Made by a program: the position numbers and the translations under genes | Origin: Acidobacteriota bacterium | GTDB lineage: Bacteria; Acidobacteriota; UBA6911 | NCBI GenBank assembly: GCA_963664705.1 | Contig: OY761556.1 | Span: forward strand, 448,001-512,000 | Length of the DNA stretch: 64,000 nucleotides | Direction: 5' to 3' | The notes under the pieces: generated by a model | What the model was told of the DNA's origin: nothing | The model's database searches: none | What the model saw: the letters and a program-made list of their open reading frames with translations, nothing else | Part shown: one piece after another, positions 47,054 through 56,583 of the stretch | Position numbering within the stretch: position 1 is the stretch's first letter | How the letters are laid out: each line of letters opens with the position of its first letter

Positions 47054-47915
47054 ACTTCCGTCAAATGGGAACAGGGAACGGGCAGTATTGGTCACTGTGC
47101 CGCTGCTCATTCTGCATCTTGCGCTTCTTTCTCTGCAAATCCAGGGGCCTTCGGGAACATTGCTGTTTCGTTCGTGGACGCTCACAGCCCAGGCGCCTTT
47201 GGTTGCCGTTTCTACCGCCATTACCCACGGAATCCGGAATATGTGGAGCAGCTATATCTGGCTTGCAGGCGCGCGAGCCGAGAATGAGCAGCTCAGGGAA
47301 ACGGTGCGCAAGCTGTCGCTGGTGAACAGTTCTTATGAGCAGGAGCGGAAGGAGAATGTCCGGCTGAGACAACTGCTTTCCATAACAGCGGCCGTTTCTA
47401 CCAGGACGGTCGGGGCTCATGTTGTGGCGCGCACTCCGAGTTTCCTGTCGAATGTCATTTATATCGACCGTGGAACTGATGACGGCGTGCGGATTGATCA
47501 GCCGGTAATATCGGGCCACGGGATCGTGGGCCGAACGGTCCTGGTGACGAAGCATCAGTCTCAGGTGCAGTTGATCAGCAATCCGGATGCTTCTGTCGGC
47601 GTTATGCTTGAAAGCTCGCGAACCCCCGGAGTGCTGAAGGGGATTGGGGATTTCGTGATGGCGCTGGATTACATCGGGAATTCGGAGCCGGTTGAAAACG
47701 GAGATGTTGTGCTGACCTCCGGGATGGACGGCATTTATCCAAAAGGGCTGGCGATAGGCAAGGTAGTTGAATCCCAAAAGGGAAAGGGCGTATTTCGCAC
47801 TATCAAGGTTCAGCCTTATATTGATTTCATGAGAATCGAAGAAGTCTCGGTGATCCTGAGCGCCATAACTTTACCTGATGATATGGTCGGGCCTCGATTG
47901 CCCGTGACAAAATAG
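47043..47915 (+). CDS. mreC: Rod shape-determining protein MreC
   Basis: TM segment, coiled coil (ENEQLR...ENVRLRQLL), IDRGTDDGV, TSGMDGIYPKGLAIG; follows mreB. Confidence 0.93.
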   Translation: MSSELPSNGNRERAVLVTVPLLILHLALLSLQIQGPSGTLLFRSWTLTAQAPLVAVSTAITHGIRNMWSSYIWLAGARAENEQLRETVRKLSLVNSSYEQERKENVRLRQLLSITAAVSTRTVGAHVVARTPSFLSNVIYIDRGTDDGVRIDQPVISGHGIVGRTVLVTKHQSQVQLISNPDASVGVMLESSRTPGVLKGIGDFVMALDYIGNSEPVENGDVVLTSGMDGIYPKGLAIGKVVESQKGKGVFRTIKVQPYIDFMRIEEVSVILSAITLPDDMVGPRLPVTK

Positions 47916-47923
47916 CGCGTTCT

Positions 47924-48412
47924 ATGAAATACCTGTTCCTCGCAGTGTCATCTTTTCTGGCCATCGTCGCGCAGATGATTGCGGGGGATAATTTCTTTCT
48001 GTTTAATTTCCTGGATCTGTCATTGATCCTGGTTGCCTATTGGGCCATCTACCGGAGTCGTATGCAGGCTCTCTTTGTAGGCTCGCTTGCAGGGCTTCTT
48101 CTGGATGCGGCCATGGGCTGGCCCCTGGGCTACAACGGGTTCGGGAAAACACTGGCTGCTTTCGCGATTGGCCAGTGCTGGAAAAGGTTCAATACCGGCG
48201 ATCAGCTCTGGGTGCGGTTTTCCATTATTGCCGCTTCCTCGTGCCTGAGTTCGCTGAGCATGTACCTTCTCTTCTGGCTTATGCAACGGTCTTCAAGCCG
48301 GATTTTCCTGGGTGCGTCCGCGTTGCAGGCTTTCATTACAGCCTCCATTGCGGTTATCATTTTTGCGGGCCTGGAAAACTACAAAAAAACACAAACTCAT
48401 AAAGCGCACTGA
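47924..48412 (+). CDS. mreD: Rod shape-determining protein MreD
   Basis: Small, hydrophobic, DLSLILV and GLLLDA motifs; lies between mreC and mrdA. Confidence 0.85.
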   Translation: MKYLFLAVSSFLAIVAQMIAGDNFFLFNFLDLSLILVAYWAIYRSRMQALFVGSLAGLLLDAAMGWPLGYNGFGKTLAAFAIGQCWKRFNTGDQLWVRFSIIAASSCLSSLSMYLLFWLMQRSSSRIFLGASALQAFITASIAVIIFAGLENYKKTQTHKAH

Positions 48413-48420
48413 GCGAATCT

Positions 48421-50268
48421 GTGGTATTGCAGCAGGAAACCAATCGACAACTCATACAGCAAAGATTGAACCTGTTCCGCATTCCGGTTCTGCTGGTTTT
48501 CCTTATCCTGGCGGCGCGTCTCTGGCAGCTCCAGATTATTCAGGGCGCGGAGTATGCGCTGAGAGCCGAGCACAACCGCATTCGCACAATTGAACTGATT
48601 GCGCCGCGAGGCAATATTGCCGATCGCAACAACATACCCCTGGTCGAGAATCGCCCTTCTTTTGACGTCCTTCTCTATCGCGAAGCGATGAAGAATAAGG
48701 CCGACACGATGCGGTTCCTGACCGAAAAACTCCGCCTGAATCCGGAGGACGTGGAATCCAGGCTTCGTCGCAATAAAGGGACGGGACTGTATCGCCCTAT
48801 TCTTCTAAGAGAAGATGCTGGGATGGAAGACATCTCCATCATAGAGGCGCACAGGCGGGATCATCCCGAAATCCAACTGGGTCCGGAGCCTCGCCGGCTA
48901 TACCGGTACGGCAAAATGGCCGCGCATCTCATCGGATACGTTGGAGAGATCAATGAGCAGGACCTGTCTTCCGGTATGTTTGCCGGTGCTACATCGGGCT
49001 CTCTCGTGGGGCATGCCGGGATTGAACGTTATTATAATCAGCTCCTGAGCGGGCAGGATGGTGTGCGACAGGTGCTGGTCGATAGCGTCGGAAGAGAAGT
49101 CGGACTCGTTGAAGAGAAAGCCTCGGTCATCGGCGGCGAGATCCAGCTGACGCTGGATCTGGATCTTCAATCGGTGGCTGAGAAAGCCCTTGAGGGCAAA
49201 GTCGGCGCTGTTATTGCCATGGATCCGAGAAATGGCGAAATTCTCGCCATGGCTAGTGCCCCTTCGTATAATCTCAATGAGTTTTCTCCCCATATCTCGG
49301 CCGATGCCTGGAGCTTGTTGCGCAACGATCCTGACCGGCCAATGCAGAATAGAGCGATTCAGAATAGTTATTCTCCCGGTTCCGTATTCAAGCTGATCAT
49401 GGCGGATGCAGGACTTGAGGAAGGGTTGCTGGATGATGATCCGGCTGTCCTTTGCACGGGCGCGGTGACGTATTATGGTCGCGTTTTCCATTGTCATGGC
49501 GGAAAGGGTCATGGAACCGTGCGTCTTGAGCAGGCCATTGCCAAATCCTGCAATACTTTCTTTTACGAACTGGGCCGGAGATTGGGCATTTCGAAAATCG
49601 CCGAGCACGCGCACGCCCTGGGATTGGGCGAGAAAACCGGCATTGATTTGCCCGGAGAGCGCAACGGAGTCATGCCCAGTCCCGAATGGAAACAGGCGAC
49701 GCGCCATGCTAAATGGTTTGCAGGGGAGACGATCTCCGTTTCGATCGGGCAGGGAGCTGTCAGTACGACGCCCATGCAGGTGCTGCGCGCAGTGAGCGCT
49801 ATTGCCACGGGAGGGCATTTGACAACTCCGCACGTGCTTTTGCGGGCTGAAAAGATGTCGAGCGGCGCACCTCAATGGGCTGCCCAGCAGATCCCGATCG
49901 GAGAGGAGCGCGCCAACAGAATCCGCCAGGGCATGTGGGGAAGCGTGAACGGTGGTGGTACGGGCTATAATGCCGCAATCCCCGGACGGGATATCTGCGG
50001 CAAGACGGGAACGGTCCAGGTCATCGGGAACGAGAACAAAAAGCAGGCATCCCGGGATGACGTCGAGGATCATTCCTGGTTTGCGGGTTTTGGGAGCAGA
50101 GATAATCCCGAAATTGCGGTGGTGGCGTTCGTCGAGCATGGAGGTATGGGAGGAGTCGCGGCCGCACCCATCGCCAAGCAGATCTTTGCCGCTTATTACG
50201 AGAAACGCAAGCCGGCCTCGATTACCGGCAACCCGTCGCCTGCTCTTGGGGCAATGGCGCAAAGGTAA
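48421..50268 (+). CDS. mrdA: Penicillin-binding protein 2
   Basis: APRGNIADR, PGSVFK (SxxK), SCN (SxN), KTGT, DHSWF, VEHGG. Confidence 0.96.
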   Translation: MVLQQETNRQLIQQRLNLFRIPVLLVFLILAARLWQLQIIQGAEYALRAEHNRIRTIELIAPRGNIADRNNIPLVENRPSFDVLLYREAMKNKADTMRFLTEKLRLNPEDVESRLRRNKGTGLYRPILLREDAGMEDISIIEAHRRDHPEIQLGPEPRRLYRYGKMAAHLIGYVGEINEQDLSSGMFAGATSGSLVGHAGIERYYNQLLSGQDGVRQVLVDSVGREVGLVEEKASVIGGEIQLTLDLDLQSVAEKALEGKVGAVIAMDPRNGEILAMASAPSYNLNEFSPHISADAWSLLRNDPDRPMQNRAIQNSYSPGSVFKLIMADAGLEEGLLDDDPAVLCTGAVTYYGRVFHCHGGKGHGTVRLEQAIAKSCNTFFYELGRRLGISKIAEHAHALGLGEKTGIDLPGERNGVMPSPEWKQATRHAKWFAGETISVSIGQGAVSTTPMQVLRAVSAIATGGHLTTPHVLLRAEKMSSGAPQWAAQQIPIGEERANRIRQGMWGSVNGGGTGYNAAIPGRDICGKTGTVQVIGNENKKQASRDDVEDHSWFAGFGSRDNPEIAVVAFVEHGGMGGVAAAPIAKQIFAAYYEKRKPASITGNPSPALGAMAQR

Positions 50269-50276
50269 GTTGCGTA

Positions 50277-51371
50277 ATGATCAAGATAGATCAACGATTG
50301 ATTTTAAGCTTCGACTGGTTGTGGTTTCTGGCCATTCTTCTGCTCTCGGCCGCGGGAGTGGCCGCAATCTGGAGCACTACCGATGGAACAAGCCTTAACT
50401 CCTATTTCGGGAAGCAGATCGTTTATCTTGCCTGCGGATTGCTGGTTTTCCTGACGCTGCTGTATTTTGACTATCACCTCTTTTCGGATTTCATAACATT
50501 CATCTACGTGGCCGGACTCGCAGTATTGGGGCTGGTTTTGATAATCGGTCGCACCATCCATGCGAACAAAAGCTGGATTAGCCTGGGATTCTTTTCATTT
50601 CAGCCTTCGGAAATTGTAAAGATCGTTGTTATCATCGCACTGGCGAAATACTACTCCGAGCTTGAACGGGAGCATCTGGGCGCTCGCGAGTTGCTGACGG
50701 GAGGCGCCATTGTTCTTGTTCCGGTGATGCTTGTAATCCTGCAGGGAGACCTGGGGACTGCGATTACCTTCTTTCCGATCTATGCAGTCCTGACCTGCCT
50801 GGCCGGCATAACAAAAAAGCATCTGCTGGTTATCCTGGCCATTGCTATTGCAGCGGCTCCCATTGCATGGTTTCAGATGAAGGGGTATAGGCAGGGACGC
50901 ATTGAAACGGTTTTTAATCCCGAGGGGGATGCCCTTGGGTTGGGTTATCAGACAAGACAGTCTGAAATTGCAATTGGTTCGGGCCGCTTGCTCGGTAAGG
51001 GATTCAAGCAGGGATCCCAGGGGCACCTCGGATTTCTTCCAGCGCGGCATACAGATTTTGTTTTCGCGGTCCTGGCCGAAGAAAAGGGATTCGTTGGAGG
51101 AATCTCGATTCTGGGGCTTTTCCTTTTTGTTTCGTACCGACTTTTCCGGACGGCACGGGAGGCGAAAGACAAAATCGGATCCATGATTGTGGTGGGAGTA
51201 TTGTCCGTGCTTCTATTCCACGTCATCATCAACCTGGGGATGGTGGAAGGATTGCTCCCGATTATCGGGATACCGCTGCCCTTTGTCAGCGCCGGCGGTT
51301 CCTCTCTGATATCTTATTTTGCCGCGATGAGCCTTTGCATGGGCATCCGGATGAGGCGATATGTGAATTAG
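50277..51371 (+). CDS. rodA: SEDS peptidoglycan glycosyltransferase RodA
   Basis: FQPSEIVK, QGDLGTA, HTDFVFAVLAEE, GIPLPFVSAGGSS. Confidence 0.96.
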   Translation: MIKIDQRLILSFDWLWFLAILLLSAAGVAAIWSTTDGTSLNSYFGKQIVYLACGLLVFLTLLYFDYHLFSDFITFIYVAGLAVLGLVLIIGRTIHANKSWISLGFFSFQPSEIVKIVVIIALAKYYSELEREHLGARELLTGGAIVLVPVMLVILQGDLGTAITFFPIYAVLTCLAGITKKHLLVILAIAIAAAPIAWFQMKGYRQGRIETVFNPEGDALGLGYQTRQSEIAIGSGRLLGKGFKQGSQGHLGFLPARHTDFVFAVLAEEKGFVGGISILGLFLFVSYRLFRTAREAKDKIGSMIVVGVLSVLLFHVIINLGMVEGLLPIIGIPLPFVSAGGSSLISYFAAMSLCMGIRMRRYVN

Positions 51372-51451
51372 TCGTTCCGGTTTGGTGCTCGGGATTACTG
51401 CCCGCCGGCATCAGCTATAACCGAAAACTGAAGACTTGTGATTAGGAACAC

Positions 51452-51480
51452 TTGAAATAGGCCATTAACCCATCTACCAT
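51452..51480 (+). promoter_or_regulatory. Putative sigma70 promoter of rne/rng
   Basis: TTGAAA-N17-TACCAT, giving a leader of about 340 nt. Confidence 0.45.
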
Positions 51481-51827
51481 AATAAGTTCGGGCCAGAATG
51501 GCGAAGAGATTAGGTTGTTTGGTTTACGAGATATTCGGCTCTGCTGGAGCCACATTGAATTGAAATGACGGGTCGCAACCATAGTTGCCGAGTGACTGTC
51601 ATAGGATAACGGGTTCTGAAGATTCGGAATTGTAACCGGCATGCCATCACTTTCAGTGCATGCCAATACCTTCACCACCGAATATAGCGGGTTTGTGTTT
51701 GCTTCTTGATCATTTTTTATATCTTGATCAGAAAAAACTGGCCGGGTAAGTAGTCCCGGCACGCCTGTGGAATCCTGCCTCCTGCGCACTCGAGCGTATC
51801 CGTTCTGACAATTACTGGAGCATTGCG

Positions 51828-53840
51828 ATGATCAAAGAGATGATCGTTTCCAGCACTGCGCTGGAAACGAAGGTCGCTATTCTGGAAGACGACCAATTGG
51901 CGGAGTTGTACATTGAGAGGAACCGGAGTCGAGGCATACTGGCAAATACCTACAAGGGGAAGGTCACGAAAGTTCTTCCCGGTATGCAATCCGCATTTGT
52001 AAATATCGGCCTGGAGAAGGACGCTTTCCTTTATGTCTCGGATTTTGTTGAGGACAGCGAGGAATGTGATCAGGTGTTTCCGACCGTCGATGATCAGGCG
52101 GTTGCCGCCATGGCCGAAGAGGAAGTGCAGGAACGGCCGCAAAAACGGGAGCGCAAGGGGGACCGAGGCAGCCGATGGCGAGAGCGCAAAGAACGTCAAG
52201 AGGCCGCTCGAAATGCCGCACCGCAGACGGCGGAAGATTCGGACGCGTTTCCGCCGGAGCATTGGAATATAAGCGCTGAAACCGAACGCGAAGTCGAGTC
52301 CCATTTGGAATCAGATGTTCTTTATTCTGCCACCGACATTCCGGAATCCTCGGCTGTTTTTTCTGCTGCCACGATTCCCCCGGACATCCCGGAACCCGAG
52401 CCGGAACCTCCGGCTCAGGCGGTTATGATGTCGGAAGATGTCGAGGCTTTCCGACCGGAAGAGCCTTCCGATGATTTCCAGTCCCCGGATGCCGCATCCA
52501 TTCGCGACGACGGCGAGAATCTCCCCTTCGCCGTGGATCAGGAAAATTCAAAGCCCGGATTTGCCCGCCGCAGGGGAGCCGCGGCACGAAGAAAACGGTA
52601 TACCGCCGCAAGGCATACGCACCGGACCGAACACCAGTCCATCGACGATGTGCTGAGAGAAGGTCAGGAGGTGTTGGTGCAGGTGGCCAAGGAGCCGATC
52701 GGCAAGAAGGGCGCCCGGGTAACCAGCCACATCGCGCTGCCGGGTCGTTATCTTGTATATATGCCGACAGTGGAGCACGTCGGCGTGTCCCGCAAGATCG
52801 GTTCAGATGCTGAGCGGATTCGCCTGAAAGACATTATTTTGAAACATCGCGATCGCTTTCCCGGTGGGGTAATCGTGCGTACCGCTGCGGAAGAGCATAC
52901 CGAAGAGGATCTGGTTAACGATCTGAATTTCTTGGTGAGACTCTGGGAAGACATGCGGTCCCGGGCCGAAAACATGTCCGCACCCGCGTTGATCCATGCG
53001 GAAATGAACCTGGTTCAGCGGCTGCTGCGCGACCAGTTTTCTTTCGAGTTTGCGGCCATCCGCGTCGATGATGAGATGGAGTATCAACGGATTGTCGAAT
53101 TTGTGGACAAGATCTTCCCGAACCTGGTCCATCGCGTGAAGCTGTATACCAAGGAAAATTACATTTTCGATGAGTATGGCATTGCTCCCGAGATTGACAA
53201 ACTGCTGCAGCCCAAAATCTGGCTGAAATCGGGCGGATACATTGTCATTAACCAGACTGAAGCGCTGGTAAGCATTGACATCAATACCGGGAAATTCGTG
53301 GGGCGCGGAAACAGCCTCGAAGAAACGATCACCCGGACGAATCTGGAGGCGGTCAAGGAAATCGTCCGGCAGATACGGTTGCGGGACCTGGGCGGAATCA
53401 TCGTGATCGATTTCATCGATATGGATGAACGAAAGAACCGCAAACGAGTGATGGAAGCGCTCTCAGAGGAAATTGCAAAAGACAAATCGCCCAGCAAGAT
53501 ACTCGAGTTCAATGAATTCGGCCTGGTGGCGATTACGCGCAAGAGAGTGAAACAGTCGCTCGAGCGAACTCTGTGCCAGCCCTGTCCCTATTGCACCGGG
53601 TCCGGTATGGTCAAATCCATAGCGACCACCTGCTACAGCATCTATCATGAAATTGAGAAAATGCGGGAGTATATCAACGACCGTGCAGAGCTGATGATCC
53701 GCGTCCATCCTGACGTTGCGCGGGCTCTGCGCGAATCGGAATCGAATGTGGTGAACGAGATCCGTCACCTGCTGCGTCGGGATGTAATTATCAAGGCGGA
53801 TCCGACGCTTCACATCGAGCACTTCAATATCGTCACCTAG
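51828..53840 (+). CDS. rne: Ribonuclease E/G family with acidic insertion in the S1 domain
   Basis: YKGKVTKVLPGMQSAFV, VQVAKEPIGKKGAR, IDINTG, LRDLGGIIVIDFIDM, CPYCTGSG. No long C-terminal scaffold. Confidence 0.92.
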   Translation: MIKEMIVSSTALETKVAILEDDQLAELYIERNRSRGILANTYKGKVTKVLPGMQSAFVNIGLEKDAFLYVSDFVEDSEECDQVFPTVDDQAVAAMAEEEVQERPQKRERKGDRGSRWRERKERQEAARNAAPQTAEDSDAFPPEHWNISAETEREVESHLESDVLYSATDIPESSAVFSAATIPPDIPEPEPEPPAQAVMMSEDVEAFRPEEPSDDFQSPDAASIRDDGENLPFAVDQENSKPGFARRRGAAARRKRYTAARHTHRTEHQSIDDVLREGQEVLVQVAKEPIGKKGARVTSHIALPGRYLVYMPTVEHVGVSRKIGSDAERIRLKDIILKHRDRFPGGVIVRTAAEEHTEEDLVNDLNFLVRLWEDMRSRAENMSAPALIHAEMNLVQRLLRDQFSFEFAAIRVDDEMEYQRIVEFVDKIFPNLVHRVKLYTKENYIFDEYGIAPEIDKLLQPKIWLKSGGYIVINQTEALVSIDINTGKFVGRGNSLEETITRTNLEAVKEIVRQIRLRDLGGIIVIDFIDMDERKNRKRVMEALSEEIAKDKSPSKILEFNEFGLVAITRKRVKQSLERTLCQPCPYCTGSGMVKSIATTCYSIYHEIEKMREYINDRAELMIRVHPDVARALRESESNVVNEIRHLLRRDVIIKADPTLHIEHFNIVT

Positions 53841-53854
53841 CGGCGTTTCTAAGC

Positions 53855-53887
53855 GGGAGTGTCGGCACCCACAGTGACGACACTCCC
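53855..53887. terminator. Hairpin between the convergent rne and mazG genes
   Basis: GGGAGTGTCG ... CGACACTCCC 10-bp stem. Confidence 0.65.
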
Positions 53888-53894
53888 AGGTTGC

Positions 53895-54698
53895 CTACTC
53901 GCTCTGTTTCGCTTCCTCCCACAACGCATCCATTTCAGCCAGCGTAGTGTCCTTCAGTTGGCGTCCCTGCCGCTTGATGGCAGATTCCAGGTATCTGAAC
54001 CGACGCTCAAATTTTCTGTTGCTTCTGTTTAGAGCTGTTTCCGAATCGATTCCCAGAAAACGGGCGATGTTGACCACGACAAAAAGCAGGTCGCCCACCT
54101 CATCCGCCATATCTTCGCCATTTTTTTGGGCGTGCGCATCCATCAGCTCGGAAGTTTCTTCTTTCAGCTTCAGAAGGATATCCTCCAGGTGCGACCAGTC
54201 AAATCCGACTCTGGAAGCTTTTGCCGTCATCTGATGGGCCCGGTGAAGTGCGGGCAGTTTCGACGGAATCCCATCGAGCAGCGAGCGATCGGAATCAGCA
54301 AGAGAGGCCGATTGGATTCCCTTTTCCGCCGCTTTGATATCTTCCCAATTCTTGAGGACATCGCCGGCGGTTTTGAGATCCGCGTCCCCAAAAATATGCG
54401 GGTGTCTGCGCACCATTTTTTCATGGGAACGGTCAATCACATCCGCCAGGTCAAACTCGTCCTTTTCGCGCGCAATCTGTGCATGAAAGATGACCTGGAA
54501 TAACAGGTCTCCGAGCTCCTCTTTCAGTTCGATCGGATCATCGGCATCAAGCGCATCGAGCACTTCGTAGGCCTCTTCGATCAGCATCGGTTTTAAGGTT
54601 TCCCTGGTTTGCTCTTTGTCCCAGGGGCATCCATTCTCGCCTCGCAGTTGTTCCACCAGGCTTATCAGTTTCTCGATATCCGCATTTCTCTTTTTCAT
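53895..54698 (-). CDS. mazG: Nucleoside triphosphate pyrophosphohydrolase
   Basis: GCPWDKEQT, EEAYEV, EELGDLL, RRHPHIF, VGFDW, EVGDLLF, KFERRF, WEEAK. Start moved to ATG 54698. Confidence 0.96.
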   Translation of the reverse strand: MKKRNADIEKLISLVEQLRGENGCPWDKEQTRETLKPMLIEEAYEVLDALDADDPIELKEELGDLLFQVIFHAQIAREKDEFDLADVIDRSHEKMVRRHPHIFGDADLKTAGDVLKNWEDIKAAEKGIQSASLADSDRSLLDGIPSKLPALHRAHQMTAKASRVGFDWSHLEDILLKLKEETSELMDAHAQKNGEDMADEVGDLLFVVVNIARFLGIDSETALNRSNRKFERRFRYLESAIKRQGRQLKDTTLAEMDALWEEAKQSE

Positions 54699-54786
54699 TC
54701 GTCCATTATCTCCGGCCATTGTCGAAGTCGCAATGAAGTCATTTCGTTCTTTCGTCTCCGCGACGGGCATTTTATAGTAACACTCC

Positions 54787-56523
54787 ATGATGAAGACTGG
54801 GAGTCAGACAAGTGAACGCCTGGGCATAGCCGTCATGCTGTTGCCCATTATGCTTACGGCATGCCTTTATCTTTTCACCAACACTAACCGCGGCATCATC
54901 GATTATGACGAAGGATATTATTCCCAGGCGGCCAAGGGCATGGCGGAGAGCGGCAATTGGGTGACGCCATATGTCAATGGAGTTCGCTTTCTCGAAAAGC
55001 CTCCTTTCCTCTATTGGCTGACGGCTGCCAGCTTCAAGGCTTTCGGGATCAGCGAATTTGCCCTGCGTCTTCCAACGGCGTTTGCGGTCATTGCGCTGGT
55101 CGGCGTTGTCATGCTGATCGGACTTCGAGTCGCCGATCGGGAAACGGCATGGATCGCGGGCTTGAGCCTGGCTTTTTGCGCCGGAACATACATATTTACA
55201 CGGGAGACCCTTCACGATGTCTGGCTGGTGCTTTTCATAGCGCTGGCAATGTACGCATTCGTCGACTGGTATATGGACCCCCAGCATTCCCTCCGCCGCG
55301 CTTTGCTTTTCTATGGCGCAACGGCAGGAGCCTTCATGTGCAAAAGCCTGGTCGGCATTGCATTTCCGCTGGGCATCGTTGTCGTGTTCTTTGTATTGTC
55401 GCGTGAATGGCCCAGGTGGAGGACCCTGCATGTTTTGCCAGGGAGCGGGTTGTTCCTGCTATTAACCGTGCCCTGGCATTGGCTTGCCGCTTCTCAAAAC
55501 CGTGGCTTCCTGGAATTCTTTTTTTGGGGGGAGCAGATCCTGCGGTTCTTTGGGAAACGCGAACCTCCGGTTCTCTGGTCTCTTCCCCTCTGGACATTCT
55601 GGGGGCTCATTGTTGCCTGGATGTTTCCATGGGTTGTCTTCATCCCCGCAGCGATCAAGGCGAGCCGTCCTTCAAGCGGTCAGTACAATAGGGTGCTGTT
55701 GCTTTTGGTTATCGCCTGGGCAGGCGTGATCCTGGGCTTTTTCTCCATTTCAAACCGGCTTGAGCATTACTCCTTCCCTGCATTTCCCGCCATCTCGCTT
55801 TTTATCGCCGGCGCTCTCAGTAAATACAGAAGTCAATGGACGCTCAATGCCTTTCGCGCATTGGCGATTCTCGGCTTGCTGGTACTGGTTGCCGGGCTGG
55901 GGGCTGGAGCCTGGCTTGCTGCAGGACATGGGGTACACTCCACTTCGACCGGGCCGACCAATCGACTGGACGAGACCGATTTCAGCATTTTGGCCGAGAT
56001 GCCGGCGGAGATCGTATCCGGGCTTTTCCGGCCAGCCGCAGCGACGGTCATTGCGCTATCGGCTGGATTTTGCGCCGCGCTCTGGTTTGAAACCCGCCGG
56101 CGGCGCCTTCAGGCCATAGGTGCGCTTGCCGCGACCATGGTGGTTATCTGCATTGCCATCCATTGGAGCTTTAATATCTGCGAAGATCTGATTTCCTCCA
56201 AAAGGTTTGGGCTTGCCCTCGCGCGGGAAGCACGTGTCGGAGACCGGTTGGTTGTTGTTGATGACTACGAATCCGCCAACTCTCTCAATTTTTATGAACC
56301 ACTGCCTGTGCAGGTTTACCAGGGAATTGCCTATGCACTCGTACCGGGGATGAAATATCCCGATGCGCCGAAAATCGTACTCACGCGCGAAGAGTTTCAT
56401 GCCGCCTGGGCGTCCAACAGTCGCGTGTTCGCGCTTTTGCCAAAAGACAGGATCAAGGAACTGAATCCGGCTGGAACGGAGGTCCTGCAGATATTGCATC
56501 GGGTCCTGGTTAAAAACAGGTAG
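54787..56523 (+). CDS. ArnT/GT39-like GT-C glycosyltransferase
   Basis: DYDEGYY, NWVTPYVNG..FLEKPPFLYW, FGISEFALRLP, multiple TM segments. Confidence 0.9.
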   Translation: MMKTGSQTSERLGIAVMLLPIMLTACLYLFTNTNRGIIDYDEGYYSQAAKGMAESGNWVTPYVNGVRFLEKPPFLYWLTAASFKAFGISEFALRLPTAFAVIALVGVVMLIGLRVADRETAWIAGLSLAFCAGTYIFTRETLHDVWLVLFIALAMYAFVDWYMDPQHSLRRALLFYGATAGAFMCKSLVGIAFPLGIVVVFFVLSREWPRWRTLHVLPGSGLFLLLTVPWHWLAASQNRGFLEFFFWGEQILRFFGKREPPVLWSLPLWTFWGLIVAWMFPWVVFIPAAIKASRPSSGQYNRVLLLLVIAWAGVILGFFSISNRLEHYSFPAFPAISLFIAGALSKYRSQWTLNAFRALAILGLLVLVAGLGAGAWLAAGHGVHSTSTGPTNRLDETDFSILAEMPAEIVSGLFRPAAATVIALSAGFCAALWFETRRRRLQAIGALAATMVVICIAIHWSFNICEDLISSKRFGLALAREARVGDRLVVVDDYESANSLNFYEPLPVQVYQGIAYALVPGMKYPDAPKIVLTREEFHAAWASNSRVFALLPKDRIKELNPAGTEVLQILHRVLVKNR

Positions 56524-56534
56524 GTTCAAGGTGG

Positions 56535-56574
56535 GTGGAATTCGTGGCCAATTGCAGTAGGCCACGAATTCCAT
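56535..56574. terminator. Bidirectional terminator hairpin
   Basis: GTGGAATTCGTGGCC / GGCCACGAATTCCAT, a 15-bp stem between convergent genes. Confidence 0.75.
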
Positions 56575-56583
56575 TAAACCGCT

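Noticed and set aside
46058-50262. Long antisense ORFs over mreB and mrdA (387 and 454 aa), and similar ones at 7853-9052 and 24713-25660
   Set aside because: Shadow frames of well-supported genes with no domain signatures.
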